DNA of 64,000 nt from an uncultured Clostridia bacterium (GCA_944393125.1 CALXZB010000003.1:4693-68692); one strand, 5' to 3'; shown: positions 15,885-26,478, numbered from the stretch's first letter. The notes: generated from the letters alone by a model not told the origin. A program made the numbers and translations.

Positions 15885-18272
15885 ATGAAAGAGAAAAATG
15901 AATTAAGTTATAGAGACTTAAAAATGATATGCAATAAAGATATGTTTCATTTTGAAACAACAGAAGAACTAGAACCAATTAATGATGGAATAGGCCAGGA
16001 AAGAGGAATAAAGGCATTACAATTTGGCATAAATGTGGATGTAAAAGGTTATAACTTGTATATAGAAGGACCAAGTGGGGTTGGAAAAACAATGTATGCT
16101 AAAAACTATTTAGAAAGTATATCTAACAAAAAGAAAATTCCATGTGATTGGTGTTATATATATAATTTCCAAAATCCAAATGAGCCAGTAGCAGTATCAT
16201 TGCCAGCAGGACAAGGTAAAGAATTTAAAGAAAGCATGGATGGATTTATAAAAGAAGTAAAAAAAGACATAAAGAAAACATTTAATGCAGATGACTTTGA
16301 AAAAGAAAAAGCATTAATAAAAAAAGAATTTGAAAACAAAAGAGAAATAGTAATGACAAAACTTAATGAAGAATCTCAAAAACATGGTTTTCAAGTAAAA
16401 TCTGCACAAAATGGAATCTATATGATGCCAATAATGGATGGAAAAGTTGTTCCAGAAGAAGAATTTGATAAATTAGATGAAATTATTAAACAAGAATATG
16501 AATCTAAGTCATTAATAGTTCAAGAACAAATAATGCAAGCAATAAGCACAATAAAACAAATAGAAAGACAAGCTGACAAAAAAGTATCTGAATGGCAATC
16601 AAATGTAGCTCTTTTAACTGTCAATGCACATATAAACTATATAAAATCTAAATATAAAAGAAACAAAAAAATAAATCAATTCCTTAATGATGTAAAACAA
16701 GATGTATTAAATAATGTTGCATATTTCTTAGAAGAAGACAAGCAAAACAATAATACACAAGTTCAACAAAATATATTACAAAGAAAACCTGATCCTTGCT
16801 TAAATTATAGAGTAAATTTACTTGTTGATAATAGCAACAGAGAAGGTTGCCCTATTATAATGGATTCAAACTATACTTTTCAAAATTTATTTGGAAAACT
16901 TGAATATGAAAATTATTATGGAACACTAAAAACAGACTATACAATGTTAAAACCAGGATTACTACACAAAGCAAATGGTGGATATATAATTTTCCAAGCA
17001 AAAGACTTGTTGCTAAATCCTATTTGCTATGAAGAATTAAAAAGAGTTTTAAGGGTAAAAGAACTAGGAATAGATAATGTAAATGAACAAAGAACATCAA
17101 TGGCTATGATTTCTTTAAAACCAGAACCAATTCCACTAGATTTAAAAGTAATACTTATTGGTGATTCTAATTTATATCATACATTATTGGCAATGGACAG
17201 TGATTTTAGAAAATTATTTAAAATTAAAGTTGAATTTGAAGAAACAGCACCTATAAATGAAGATAATGTAAATAAATTAGCTAGATTTGTGCATACATTT
17301 TGTAACCAGGAAGAATTACCACCATTAGATAAAACAGCAATGGCAAGAATTGTAGAATATGCATCTAGATTAGCAGGAGATAAAGATAAAATATCAAACA
17401 AATTTACAGATTTAGCAGAAATAATAGGTGAAGCAGGAACATGGGCAAAACTTTCAAAAGCTAAAATTGTAACAGAAGATTTTGTAAATAAAGCACTTGA
17501 AGAAAGAATAGATAGAATAAAAAAATATGATTCAAAATATACAGAAATGATAAAAGAAAATACACTATTAATAAATACAAAAGGCTCATTAGTAGGAGAA
17601 TTAAATGGATTAACTATAATGACAATAGGAGATTACTCATTTGGAAAACCGACCAAAATTACTGTAAACACATATACTGGAAAAGGTGGAGTCATAAATA
17701 TTGAAAGAGAAGTAGAACTTTCAGGCTCAACACATTCAAAAGGAGTATATATTTTATCAGGATATTTAGGAGAAATGTTTGCACAAGATATACCATTATG
17801 TTTAACAGCAAGTATCTGTTTCGAACAATTATACAATGGAGTTGATGGAGATAGTGCATCAAGTACAGAACTATATGGATTATTATCAAGTCTTTCCGGA
17901 ATCCCAATAAAACAATCAATTGCAGTAACAGGTTCAGTAAATCAAAAAGGACAAATACAACCAATTGGTGGTGTTAATGAAAAAATTGAAGGATTTTTCC
18001 AAATCTGTAAAATGCGTGGACTAGATGGAACTCATGGAGTTATGATCCCAGTTCAGAACATCAATAATTTGCAACTTTCAGATGAAGTTGTAGATAGTGT
18101 AAAAAATAAAAAATTCCATATATATGCAGTTTCTACAATAGAAGAAGGAATTGAAGTATTAACTGGTGTTCCAGCAGGTAAAAAAGATAAAGAAGGAAAA
18201 TTCCCAGCAGGTACAATAAATCATTTAGTTTATGAAAAATTAAAAAAATATGCTAAAGCTTGTGGAAAATAG
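15885..18272 (+). CDS. Lon-like protease (AAA_32-type ATPase-like domain plus Lon S16 proteolytic domain)
   Basis: Walker A GPSGVGKT, ANGGYIIF segment, and C-terminal GDSASSTE...VNEKIEGF Ser-Lys dyad region. Confidence 0.85.
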   Translation: MKEKNELSYRDLKMICNKDMFHFETTEELEPINDGIGQERGIKALQFGINVDVKGYNLYIEGPSGVGKTMYAKNYLESISNKKKIPCDWCYIYNFQNPNEPVAVSLPAGQGKEFKESMDGFIKEVKKDIKKTFNADDFEKEKALIKKEFENKREIVMTKLNEESQKHGFQVKSAQNGIYMMPIMDGKVVPEEEFDKLDEIIKQEYESKSLIVQEQIMQAISTIKQIERQADKKVSEWQSNVALLTVNAHINYIKSKYKRNKKINQFLNDVKQDVLNNVAYFLEEDKQNNNTQVQQNILQRKPDPCLNYRVNLLVDNSNREGCPIIMDSNYTFQNLFGKLEYENYYGTLKTDYTMLKPGLLHKANGGYIIFQAKDLLLNPICYEELKRVLRVKELGIDNVNEQRTSMAMISLKPEPIPLDLKVILIGDSNLYHTLLAMDSDFRKLFKIKVEFEETAPINEDNVNKLARFVHTFCNQEELPPLDKTAMARIVEYASRLAGDKDKISNKFTDLAEIIGEAGTWAKLSKAKIVTEDFVNKALEERIDRIKKYDSKYTEMIKENTLLINTKGSLVGELNGLTIMTIGDYSFGKPTKITVNTYTGKGGVINIEREVELSGSTHSKGVYILSGYLGEMFAQDIPLCLTASICFEQLYNGVDGDSASSTELYGLLSSLSGIPIKQSIAVTGSVNQKGQIQPIGGVNEKIEGFFQICKMRGLDGTHGVMIPVQNINNLQLSDEVVDSVKNKKFHIYAVSTIEEGIEVLTGVPAGKKDKEGKFPAGTINHLVYEKLKKYAKACGK

Positions 18273-18281
18273 AGAGGAAAA

Positions 18282-19148
18282 ATGGAAGAACAAGAATATA
18301 AAATAGAAAATATAAAATCATTTGAATTACAAGACATATTTGACTGTGGACAATGTTTTAGATGGAATAAAGAAGAAGATGGAAGCTATACAGGTGTATT
18401 CAAAGAAAATGTAATGAATGTAAAGAAAAATGGAAATACAGTAATCTTTAAAGGAATATGTAAAGGAGATATTAAAGAAATAGTAGAAGACTATTTTGAT
18501 TTAAATCGTAATTATGAAGAAATAAAGAAGCAATTATCTCAGATTGATGAACACATAAAAACAAGTATAGAATATGGACAAGGAATAAGAATATTAAACC
18601 AAGATTTATGGGAAATGATAATCTCATTTATAATATCAGCTAATAACAATATTCCAAGAATAAAGGGAATAATAGATAAAATTGCAAAAGGCTATGGAAA
18701 AGAAATTGAATGGCAAGGAAAAAAATATTATACTTTTCCAACTGCAGAAGAATTAAAAAATGTAGGAATAGAAGAATATAGAAAACTAGGAGCAGGTTTT
18801 AGAGATGTACGCATATATGAAACTGTTCAAATGGTATTAAATAAAAAAGTTGACCTAGAAAAGATGCAAAATAATCCAAATACACTAGAAGTAAGAGAAC
18901 AATTATTAACATTATCAGGAGTTGGCCCTAAAGTTGCAGATTGTATTCTATTATTTTCAACATTAAAACGTTTTGAGGTTTTCCCAATAGATGTTTGGGT
19001 AAGACGTGTTATGAATGATTTATATATAAAAAAACAAGATGAAACAAAAGTAAATAAAAAAGAATTAGAAAAACTTGCACACGAAAAATTTGGGAATCTT
19101 GCAGGAATTGCTCAACAGTATTTATTTTATTGGAAAAGAGAAGCCTAA
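18282..19148 (+). CDS. ogg: 8-oxoguanine DNA glycosylase / HhH-GPD family glycosylase
   Basis: HhH-GPD motif LSGVGPKVADCILLFS and the catalytic Asp region FPIDVWVRR. Confidence 0.8.
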   Translation: MEEQEYKIENIKSFELQDIFDCGQCFRWNKEEDGSYTGVFKENVMNVKKNGNTVIFKGICKGDIKEIVEDYFDLNRNYEEIKKQLSQIDEHIKTSIEYGQGIRILNQDLWEMIISFIISANNNIPRIKGIIDKIAKGYGKEIEWQGKKYYTFPTAEELKNVGIEEYRKLGAGFRDVRIYETVQMVLNKKVDLEKMQNNPNTLEVREQLLTLSGVGPKVADCILLFSTLKRFEVFPIDVWVRRVMNDLYIKKQDETKVNKKELEKLAHEKFGNLAGIAQQYLFYWKREA

Positions 19149-19151
19149 TAT

Positions 19152-19214
19152 AGGGTGTCCTGAAATAGGAGCCCAAGAAACAAAAAATCCAGCTCGATAA
19201 GAGTTGGATTTTTT
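19152..19214. repeat. left terminal inverted repeat of the IS
   Basis: AGGGTGTCCTGAAATAGGAGCCCAAGAAACAAAAAATCCAGCTCGATAAGAGTTGGATTTTTT is the exact reverse complement of 20928-20990. Confidence 0.9.
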
Positions 19215-19300
19215 GATATAAAAAGTAAGAAAAATACTGACAAATCAATACTTTAATGATATAATTCAATTGTAAAAAGTATTGATTTTGGAGGTATAAA

Positions 19301-21004
19301 ATGGGATTTAAATATTATGAACAAAACCAATTAATGATACCAATGGAATGGAAAACATTAATAGATAAAAATGATGTAGTATTCGTATTAAATGATTTAA
19401 TAGATAATATGAATATAGATAAATTGTTAGAAACATATTCTCCATTAGGAAATAGCTCATACTCTCCAAAAATGATGTTAAAAATATTAATGTATGGATA
19501 TATAAGAAAAAGATATTCATCAAGACAAATAGCAGAAGCAGTACAATGCGATATAAAATTCATATGGTTAGCAGGAGGAAATAAACCAACAAGAAATGTA
19601 ATCAATTCATTTAGAAAAGACAAAATGAAGATCATAATGGAAGATGTATTTGTAGAATTGCTTGAAGTACTTGAAAGAAAAGGATATATCAATACAGAAG
19701 AGTATTTTGTAGATGGAACAAAAATAGAAGCAAACGCAAATAAATATACATTTGTATGGAAAAAAGCAGTAGAGAAATATAGAGCAAAATTGCAAGAACA
19801 AGTACACGAATTAATGAAAGATATAGATGAATTAAATGAAGAAGAAGATAAATTGTATCCAGGTAAAGAAATAGAGCCAGAAGAGATCACACCAGAAGAA
19901 TTAGAAGAATTCTCAAAGAGATTATCAGATAAATTAAATGAAGGATTAGAGAAACAAAAAACGAAAGAAGAAAAAAAGAAAGAACAGAAGATAAAGAAAA
20001 TAATAAAAAAAATTGATAATGATTTTAAGCCCAGGCTAGAAAAATACAATAAAGATTTAGAAATTATTGGAGAGAATAGAAATAGTTATTCAAAAACAGA
20101 TACAGATGCTACCTTTATGCATATGAAAGAAGACCATATGAGAAACGGTCAATTAAAACCAGGATATAATATACAAGTAGGAAGTTGTAATGGATTTGTA
20201 GTAAATTGGAGTACACATCAAAATAGAAATGATAATGGAACATTGATACCACATCTTGAAAGATATGAAAGATTTTTTAATAAATTACCAGAAAGTATAG
20301 GAGCAGATAGTGGATATGGAAATCAAGAAAATTATGAATATTTAAAGGAAAAACATATAAAAAATTACATTAAATATCCACTTTTTCATAAAGAGCAAAC
20401 AAAGAAATTCAAATCAATGAAATACAATTGGCAAAATATGGAATATGATGAAATAAATGATAAATTTACTTGTCCAGAAGGAAAAAAATTAGAATATGTA
20501 AAAACAAGATATGATAAAACAGAAACAGGATTTATACAAGAAAATAGAGTTTATGAATGTTCAGACTGTAGTAATTGCACACATAAAAGCGAATGTACGA
20601 AAGCACAAGGAAATCGCCAAATACGATTTAATAAAAAACTATGGCAATTAAAGAATGTAGCAAGAAGAAATTTAATGTCTGAAAAAGGACTAGAGATGCG
20701 AGGAAAAAGAGCAGAATACTCAGAAGGAATTTTTGGACAAATCAAATGGAATATGGGCTTCAAGCGATTTTTGCTTAGAGGTTTAGACAAAGTCGACCTT
20801 GAATGGGGACTTTTATGCTTTGCATTAAATATAAAAAGAATGAATAAAAAAGATATAGAAAAATTAAAAGAAATAGCAATGGCGAAAGCTATTTCTCTAT
20901 CAAAAAATATAACAGAGTTTTTAAAACAAAAAATCCAACTCTTATCGAGCTGGATTTTTTGTTTCTTGGGCTCCTATTTCAGGACACCCTCTTCTAACTT
21001 TTAA
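19301..21004 (+). CDS. IS1182-family (IS5-related) DDE transposase
   Basis: The N-terminal DUF772-like region (YSPKMMLKILMYGYIRKRYSSRQIAEA) and a C-terminal Cys-rich plus DDE region are typical of IS1182 transposases. The ORF runs through the right IR, and its stop codon lies 12-14 nt outside it. Confidence 0.9.
   Translation: MGFKYYEQNQLMIPMEWKTLIDKNDVVFVLNDLIDNMNIDKLLETYSPLGNSSYSPKMMLKILMYGYIRKRYSSRQIAEAVQCDIKFIWLAGGNKPTRNVINSFRKDKMKIIMEDVFVELLEVLERKGYINTEEYFVDGTKIEANANKYTFVWKKAVEKYRAKLQEQVHELMKDIDELNEEEDKLYPGKEIEPEEITPEELEEFSKRLSDKLNEGLEKQKTKEEKKKEQKIKKIIKKIDNDFKPRLEKYNKDLEIIGENRNSYSKTDTDATFMHMKEDHMRNGQLKPGYNIQVGSCNGFVVNWSTHQNRNDNGTLIPHLERYERFFNKLPESIGADSGYGNQENYEYLKEKHIKNYIKYPLFHKEQTKKFKSMKYNWQNMEYDEINDKFTCPEGKKLEYVKTRYDKTETGFIQENRVYECSDCSNCTHKSECTKAQGNRQIRFNKKLWQLKNVARRNLMSEKGLEMRGKRAEYSEGIFGQIKWNMGFKRFLLRGLDKVDLEWGLLCFALNIKRMNKKDIEKLKEIAMAKAISLSKNITEFLKQKIQLLSSWIFCFLGSYFRTPSSNF
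20928..20990. repeat. right terminal inverted repeat of the IS
   Basis: Exact reverse complement of 19152-19214. Confidence 0.9.
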
Positions 21005-21020
21005 CTAACAAGAATATCTC

Positions 21021-21110
21021 TTATTTATTATTTTGTTCATTGTTAGAATTATTTTTATTTTCATTTTTTCTATTATTATTTTTATTTTGTTTATTATTTT
21101 TTTCTCCCAT
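21021..21110 (-). CDS. possible 29-aa Asn/Lys-rich micro-protein
   Basis: MGEKNNKQNKNNNRKNENKNNSNNEQNNK. Preceded by a strong SD GGAGGTG with 6-nt spacing. Could be an artefact of an AT-rich spacer. Confidence 0.3.
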   Translation of the reverse strand: MGEKNNKQNKNNNRKNENKNNSNNEQNNK

Positions 21111-21239
21111 CGAAAACACCTCCGTTTCAATTTACAAAAATATTTTAACCAGTACACTAAAGAAATATACAAAATTATTGTAATTCATTTTGAAAAGATA
21201 TATAATTATTGAAAATACTTATATTGAAAAGGAGCAAAA

Positions 21240-21920
21240 ATGGAAAATATAGTAATAGGAATAGAAGGAACTGTTGGAGCAGGAAAAACATCAATATGTA
21301 GAGAATTATTAAAAAAAATAGAAAATTCAATAATTATTCATGGTGGTGAAATATATAGAGCAATAGTATATGGAATGATTAAATCAAATATTAAAAATAC
21401 AGAAAATCTAGATGCATATCAAATAATGAAAAAATTAGGTATAGAGATAAAATTAGAAAACAATGAAACTAAAATATATATGAATGGAAAAAAAATAAAA
21501 GAAAAAGAATTACAATCAAAACAAGCATCAATAGCAGTATCAGAAATAAGTAATATAGCCAATAATGAAAATCTATATAAATTTGGAAAAAAATTAATTG
21601 AAGAATATAGAAAAAAATATAATATAATATTATCTTCAAGAGATATTATAAAAATGTATCCAGATGTAACATATCATTTTTTTATAGATGCATCAATTGA
21701 AGAAAGAATAAATAGAAAATATATGCAATATAATAAAGAAATACCAAAAGAACAAATAAAAGAAATGATAGAAAAAAGAGATAAATTACAAGAAAAATCA
21801 GGGTATTATAAGATATATCCACAAACAAAAATAATAGATGTAACAAATTGTAATAATGTAGAAGAATCTACTAAATTGGTATTAGAAAATATGAAGGAGA
21901 CAGTTGTAAATGGAATATAA
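21240..21920 (+). CDS. P-loop nucleotide/nucleoside-monophosphate kinase-like protein (cytidylate-kinase-like)
   Basis: N-terminal IGIEGTVGAGKTS P-loop in 226 aa. Its end overlaps the murD start by 11 nt. Confidence 0.55.
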   Translation: MENIVIGIEGTVGAGKTSICRELLKKIENSIIIHGGEIYRAIVYGMIKSNIKNTENLDAYQIMKKLGIEIKLENNETKIYMNGKKIKEKELQSKQASIAVSEISNIANNENLYKFGKKLIEEYRKKYNIILSSRDIIKMYPDVTYHFFIDASIEERINRKYMQYNKEIPKEQIKEMIEKRDKLQEKSGYYKIYPQTKIIDVTNCNNVEESTKLVLENMKETVVNGI

Positions 21921-23313
21921 AAATGAAAAATTAGAAGATTTTGAAAAAAAATTAAAAAATCAAAAAGTTGCTATTATAGGGCTTGGAGTAAGCAATATCC
22001 CTTTGATAGATTATTTTAGTGAGAAAAAAATAGAAATAGTAGTATTTGATGATAGAGAAGAAAAAAATATAAATCCAGATATTTTAACAAAAATAAAACA
22101 GTATAAAATTAAATACTTTTTTGGAAAAGAATGTTTAAAAAATTTAAAAGGATTTGATTTAATATTTAGATCACCAAGCTGTTTACCAACTAAAGCAGAA
22201 TTGATTGCAGAAAGAGAAAGAGGAGCTATAGTTACAACAGAGATAGAACAACTTATGAAAATGGCACCATGTAAAATTATAGGAATAACAGGAAGTGATG
22301 GTAAAACAACAACAACAACACTAACATATGAGGTGCTAAAAAATGCAGGATATAAAGTATATCTAGGAGGAAATATAGGAATTCCATTATTCACAAAACT
22401 AAGAGAGATTAAGCCAAATGATTTTATTGTTTTAGAATTAAGCAGTTTTCAATTGATGGGAATGGAGATAAGCCCAGAAATAGCAGCAATAACCAATATA
22501 ACACCAAATCATTTAAACATACACAAAAATTATCAAGAATATATAGATTCAAAAAAGAATATTTTTAAATATCAAAATGAAAATGGTATACTTGTAATAA
22601 ATGCTGACAATGAATTAACTTCAAATTGTAAAAATGAAGCAAACGGAAAAGTAATCATGTTCAGTAGTGAGAAAAAGTTAGAAAATGGTTATATAGTAGA
22701 AAATGGAATAATAAAAAAATGTGAAGATGGAATTAGAAGACATATAATAGATACTTCAAATTTAAAATTAAAAGGAACACATAATTTTCAAAATATATGT
22801 ACAGTATTAGCTCTTACTGAAAATATAGTAGACATAGATGATGCTGTAAAAACAATAAAAAATTTTGGAGGAGTACAACATAGGTTAGAATTAGTACGAG
22901 AAATTAATGGGGTTGAATGGTATAATGATTCAGCAAGCACAAGTCCTACAAGAGGAATTTCAGCTTTAAATGCTTTTAATGATAAAGAAATTGTTTTAAT
23001 TGCAGGTGGAGCTGATAAAAATTTAGACTATACTCCAATAGGAAAGCCAATTGTAGATAAAGTTAAGTCTTTAATATTAATAGGAGAAACAGCAAATAAA
23101 ATATATGATGCAGTAAAAAATGAATTAGAAAAGGAAAATAAAAAATTAGATATACATATGTGTGAAACATTTAAAGAAAGTATAGAATTAGCAAAAAGAA
23201 TAGCTAAGCCGGGTCAAATAGTCTTGTTTTCACCAGCAAGTACAAGTTTTGATATGTTTAAAGATATGTATGACAGAGGAAATAAATTTAAAGAAGAAGT
23301 TTATAGTATTTAA
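21910..23313 (+). CDS. murD: UDP-N-acetylmuramoylalanine--D-glutamate ligase
   Basis: GITGSDGKTTTT, NITPNHLN, GGADK Mur ligase motifs. Confidence 0.93.
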   Translation: MEYKNEKLEDFEKKLKNQKVAIIGLGVSNIPLIDYFSEKKIEIVVFDDREEKNINPDILTKIKQYKIKYFFGKECLKNLKGFDLIFRSPSCLPTKAELIAERERGAIVTTEIEQLMKMAPCKIIGITGSDGKTTTTTLTYEVLKNAGYKVYLGGNIGIPLFTKLREIKPNDFIVLELSSFQLMGMEISPEIAAITNITPNHLNIHKNYQEYIDSKKNIFKYQNENGILVINADNELTSNCKNEANGKVIMFSSEKKLENGYIVENGIIKKCEDGIRRHIIDTSNLKLKGTHNFQNICTVLALTENIVDIDDAVKTIKNFGGVQHRLELVREINGVEWYNDSASTSPTRGISALNAFNDKEIVLIAGGADKNLDYTPIGKPIVDKVKSLILIGETANKIYDAVKNELEKENKKLDIHMCETFKESIELAKRIAKPGQIVLFSPASTSFDMFKDMYDRGNKFKEEVYSI

Positions 23314-23377
23314 TTTTAAAATAATTAAATATTGACAAAAATTGATTGATAATATATAAATAAGCTAGGAGGAAAAT

Positions 23378-23902
23378 ATGATATTATATCCAAACGAATA
23401 TTTCAATAATGTAAGAGAAATAAACATTGATTTCTTGAAAAAAAATGAAATAAAAGCACTTATCTTAGATGTAGATAATACATTAATAGATTATGACAAA
23501 AATTTAGATAAAGCAACTATTGAATGGGCAGAAAATTTAAAAAAAGAAGGAATAAAATTATATATATTATCAAATTCAAATAAAAAAGAAAAAGTAAAAA
23601 CAGTAGCAGAAAAATTAAAAATAGAATATGAATATTTTGGAAAAAAACCATTAAAAATAGGATTTAAGAAAGTACAAGAAAAATTACAGGAAAAACCTGA
23701 AAACATAGGTGTAGTAGGAGATCAAATTTTTACTGATGTAATTGGAGGAAATAGATGCAAAATGTTTACAATATTAGTAGATCCAATTGCAGAAAAAGAT
23801 ATTTGGATAACTTTAATAAAAAGACCTATAGAAAATATGATAAAAGAGAAATATAAAAAAACAAAGGAAGGGGAATATGGTAAAAAAACCATATATAAAT
23901 AA
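23378..23902 (+). CDS. YqeG-family HAD-IIIA phosphatase
   Basis: LDVDNTL, LSNS and VGDQIFTDVIGGN motifs. Confidence 0.8.
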   Translation: MILYPNEYFNNVREINIDFLKKNEIKALILDVDNTLIDYDKNLDKATIEWAENLKKEGIKLYILSNSNKKEKVKTVAEKLKIEYEYFGKKPLKIGFKKVQEKLQEKPENIGVVGDQIFTDVIGGNRCKMFTILVDPIAEKDIWITLIKRPIENMIKEKYKKTKEGEYGKKTIYK

Positions 23903-23904
23903 AA

Positions 23905-24657
23905 ATGTATATTAATGACACTAACATAATATTTTACATATTAGCATCAATAATTGGACTAGTAATAGGCCAATTTATAGAATGGATGAACGAAAGAATA
24001 ATTGAAAACAAAAAAGTTTTCTCAAAAGATATATTAAGAAAATATAAAATTGATTTTAAACCTAATTATATATTAATGATAATTACATCTATAATATATA
24101 CAAGTTTAGTATATAAATTTGGAGTACACGATAATTTTATAGAGAATTTAACCTTAATAAAATACATAATTTTAACACCAATGCTTTTATCAATTTTAGT
24201 TATAGACTATAAAAAGCAAATAATTCCGAATAGAATCAATTTGACGATGTTTGAAACAGGAATTATAATAGCATTTTTATATGGATTATCAAATGTTGCA
24301 ATCACAATAGATATGATATTAGGGATGATTGCAGGAATAGGTTGTTTTTTAGTAATTGCATTAATAGGGTATTTAATATATGGTAAAGATGCAATGGGGA
24401 TTGGAGACATAAAATTTATAGGAGCATTAGGACTATATTTTGGATTTTCTAATATACTTTCAATTACAATCATGTCATTTTTAATAGGAACAATTTTAGC
24501 AATAATATTAATAATTAGCAAACAAAAGAAAATAAATGAATATATTCCGTTTGGACCATTTATAGTAATTGCAGCATTTATAAATATATTTGTTCCATTT
24601 GAAATAATTATAACAGCATTAAAAATGATATTAACATTAGGAAGTTACAAAAAATAA
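23905..24657 (+). CDS. A24-family prepilin peptidase-like membrane protein
   Basis: Polytopic, with GIGDIKF and IPFGPF aspartyl-peptidase motifs. Confidence 0.75.
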   Translation: MYINDTNIIFYILASIIGLVIGQFIEWMNERIIENKKVFSKDILRKYKIDFKPNYILMIITSIIYTSLVYKFGVHDNFIENLTLIKYIILTPMLLSILVIDYKKQIIPNRINLTMFETGIIIAFLYGLSNVAITIDMILGMIAGIGCFLVIALIGYLIYGKDAMGIGDIKFIGALGLYFGFSNILSITIMSFLIGTILAIILIISKQKKINEYIPFGPFIVIAAFINIFVPFEIIITALKMILTLGSYKK

Positions 24658-24672
24658 AAGGGGGATAAAGAA

Positions 24673-25734
24673 ATGAACCAAAAAATGCAATGGCTTAGAA
24701 ATCAATTATTAAGTATGAATTTACAAGGTATGATAGTAACTAATCCCGTAAATATAAAATATTTAACAAATATTAGAGCAGAAGGAACATTATTAGTAAC
24801 AAGAAAAGAAAATGTTTTTATAACAGATGGAAGATATATAGAAGATGTACATAATACACTTACATTATTTGATGAAATAGTAGTATATGATGCAAGAAGT
24901 TTAACAAAAGAAGACTTTGAAAATTTTTTCTTATTTTGTGAAAATGTAGGATTTGAAGAAGGTCATGTGACATATGCTAAATATAAAGAATATATGCATA
25001 AGTATAAAATAAATAACTTAGTAGAAACAGAGCATATGATAGAAAAACAGAGAATGATAAAAGATGTAGAAGAAATAGAAAATATAAAAAAAGCATGTGA
25101 AATTACAGATAAATGTTTTGAATATATAGTAAATTATATAAAACCAGGAATGACAGAAAAACAAATTGCTAGAGAAATTGATGATTACTATTACAAAAAT
25201 TCAGAAGGAAAATCATTTGATACAATTGTAGCATCAGGTGAAAATTCTTCAAAACCACATGCTATACCAACAGATAGGAAAATCCAAGAAGTTGATATAA
25301 TAACAATAGATATGGGATGCAAAATTAATGGTTATTGTTCAGATATGACAAGAACAATTTTTGTAGGAGAAGTTCCACAATATGTAAAACCTGTTTATGA
25401 ATTGGTACTAAAAAATCAAGAACAAGTATTAAATGACATGAAAGAAAATTCAAATACAAAATTAATTACTAAAATGGTAGACAATGACTTTAGACTAAAT
25501 AATTATGATTTAATTCATGCATTAGGACATGGGGTTGGATTAGATATACATGAGGCTCCATTATTAACAATAAACGCAGAAACAGTACTTAAGGAAAATA
25601 TGGTTGTTACAAATGAACCAGGAATTTATATTGCTGGACGTTTTGGTATAAGAATTGAGGATACAGTTCTTATTCATAAGGGAACATGTGAGGCTCTAAC
25701 TAAGTCACCTAAAAAATATGTTATTATAAGGTAG
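24673..25734 (+). CDS. M24-family Xaa-Pro aminopeptidase
   Basis: DMGCKINGYCSDMTRT, HGVGLDIHE, NEPGIY, IRIEDT metal-ligand motifs. Confidence 0.88.
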   Translation: MNQKMQWLRNQLLSMNLQGMIVTNPVNIKYLTNIRAEGTLLVTRKENVFITDGRYIEDVHNTLTLFDEIVVYDARSLTKEDFENFFLFCENVGFEEGHVTYAKYKEYMHKYKINNLVETEHMIEKQRMIKDVEEIENIKKACEITDKCFEYIVNYIKPGMTEKQIAREIDDYYYKNSEGKSFDTIVASGENSSKPHAIPTDRKIQEVDIITIDMGCKINGYCSDMTRTIFVGEVPQYVKPVYELVLKNQEQVLNDMKENSNTKLITKMVDNDFRLNNYDLIHALGHGVGLDIHEAPLLTINAETVLKENMVVTNEPGIYIAGRFGIRIEDTVLIHKGTCEALTKSPKKYVIIR

Positions 25735-25855
25735 TGCAAAAATAAAAAATTTCATATAAGAAAAAAGAGCTAAAGTACTTGATTTTTAGACATATTTGGT
25801 GTAAAATAAATAAAGTGTAAAAATTATGTAAAGAAAATTGAAAGGAGAAATTAAC

Positions 25856-26422
25856 ATGGCAGGAGTATACATGGCAGGAGATTTTAGAAACGGAACAACA
25901 TTCGAAATGGATGGAGGAGTATTTAGAGTAGTAGAATTTCAACACGTAAAACCAGGAAAAGGAGCTGCATTTGTTAGAACAAAATTAAAAAATGTAATAA
26001 CAGGAGCTGTTTTAGAAAAAACATTTAACCCATCTGATAAATATCCAGGAGCAGAGATAGAGAAAAAAGCAATGCAATATTTATACAATGATGGAGATCT
26101 ATATTACTTTATGGATAATGAAACATATGATCAAATGCCATTAAATAAAGATGATATAGGAGATTGTTTAAAATACTTAAAAGAAAATATGGAAGTAACT
26201 ATACTTTCATTCAAAGGAAAAGTATTTGCAGTAGAACCACCAATATTTGTTGAATTAGAAGTAACATATACTGAACCAGGATTTGCTGGAAATACAACAA
26301 CAACATCAGGAAAACCAGCAACATTAGAAACAGGTTTAGAGTTACAAGTTCCTATGTTTGTTAATATTGGAGATATATTAAGAATAGATACACGTACATG
26401 TGAATACATGGAAAGAGTATAA
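25856..26422 (+). CDS. efp: elongation factor P
   Basis: [42 protein letters not shown] at 25856 lies behind AAAGGAGA. Confidence 0.95.
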   Translation: MAGVYMAGDFRNGTTFEMDGGVFRVVEFQHVKPGKGAAFVRTKLKNVITGAVLEKTFNPSDKYPGAEIEKKAMQYLYNDGDLYYFMDNETYDQMPLNKDDIGDCLKYLKENMEVTILSFKGKVFAVEPPIFVELEVTYTEPGFAGNTTTTSGKPATLETGLELQVPMFVNIGDILRIDTRTCEYMERV

Positions 26423-26426
26423 TTTG

Positions 26427-26456
26427 GTGCCGGTACATAAAAAGAACCGGCTTTTA
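26427..26456 (+). terminator. efp terminator
   Basis: Stem GCCGGT/ACCGGC followed by TTTT. Confidence 0.6.
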
Positions 26457-26478
26457 AATTAAAAGGAGATGATAAAAA

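Larger units (their letters stand above)
19149..20993 (+). mobile_element. IS1182-family insertion sequence, apparently intact
   Basis: 63-bp perfect terminal inverted repeats flank a single 567-aa DDE transposase ORF. Possible 4-bp target duplication CTAA at 19145-19148 and 20994-20997. Confidence 0.85.

Noticed and set aside
15885-18272. Possible BREX BrxL-like or defence-associated Lon protease
   Set aside because: No BREX or other defence genes are nearby, and it sits between the ribosomal operon and ogg. The AAA_32 plus Lon_C architecture is common for stand-alone Lon-like proteases in Firmicutes.
19315-20049. 244-aa minus-strand ORF inside the transposase gene
   Set aside because: It is S/F/N-rich low complexity, antisense to a K/E-rich region of a clearly recognisable IS1182 transposase, and has no RBS.
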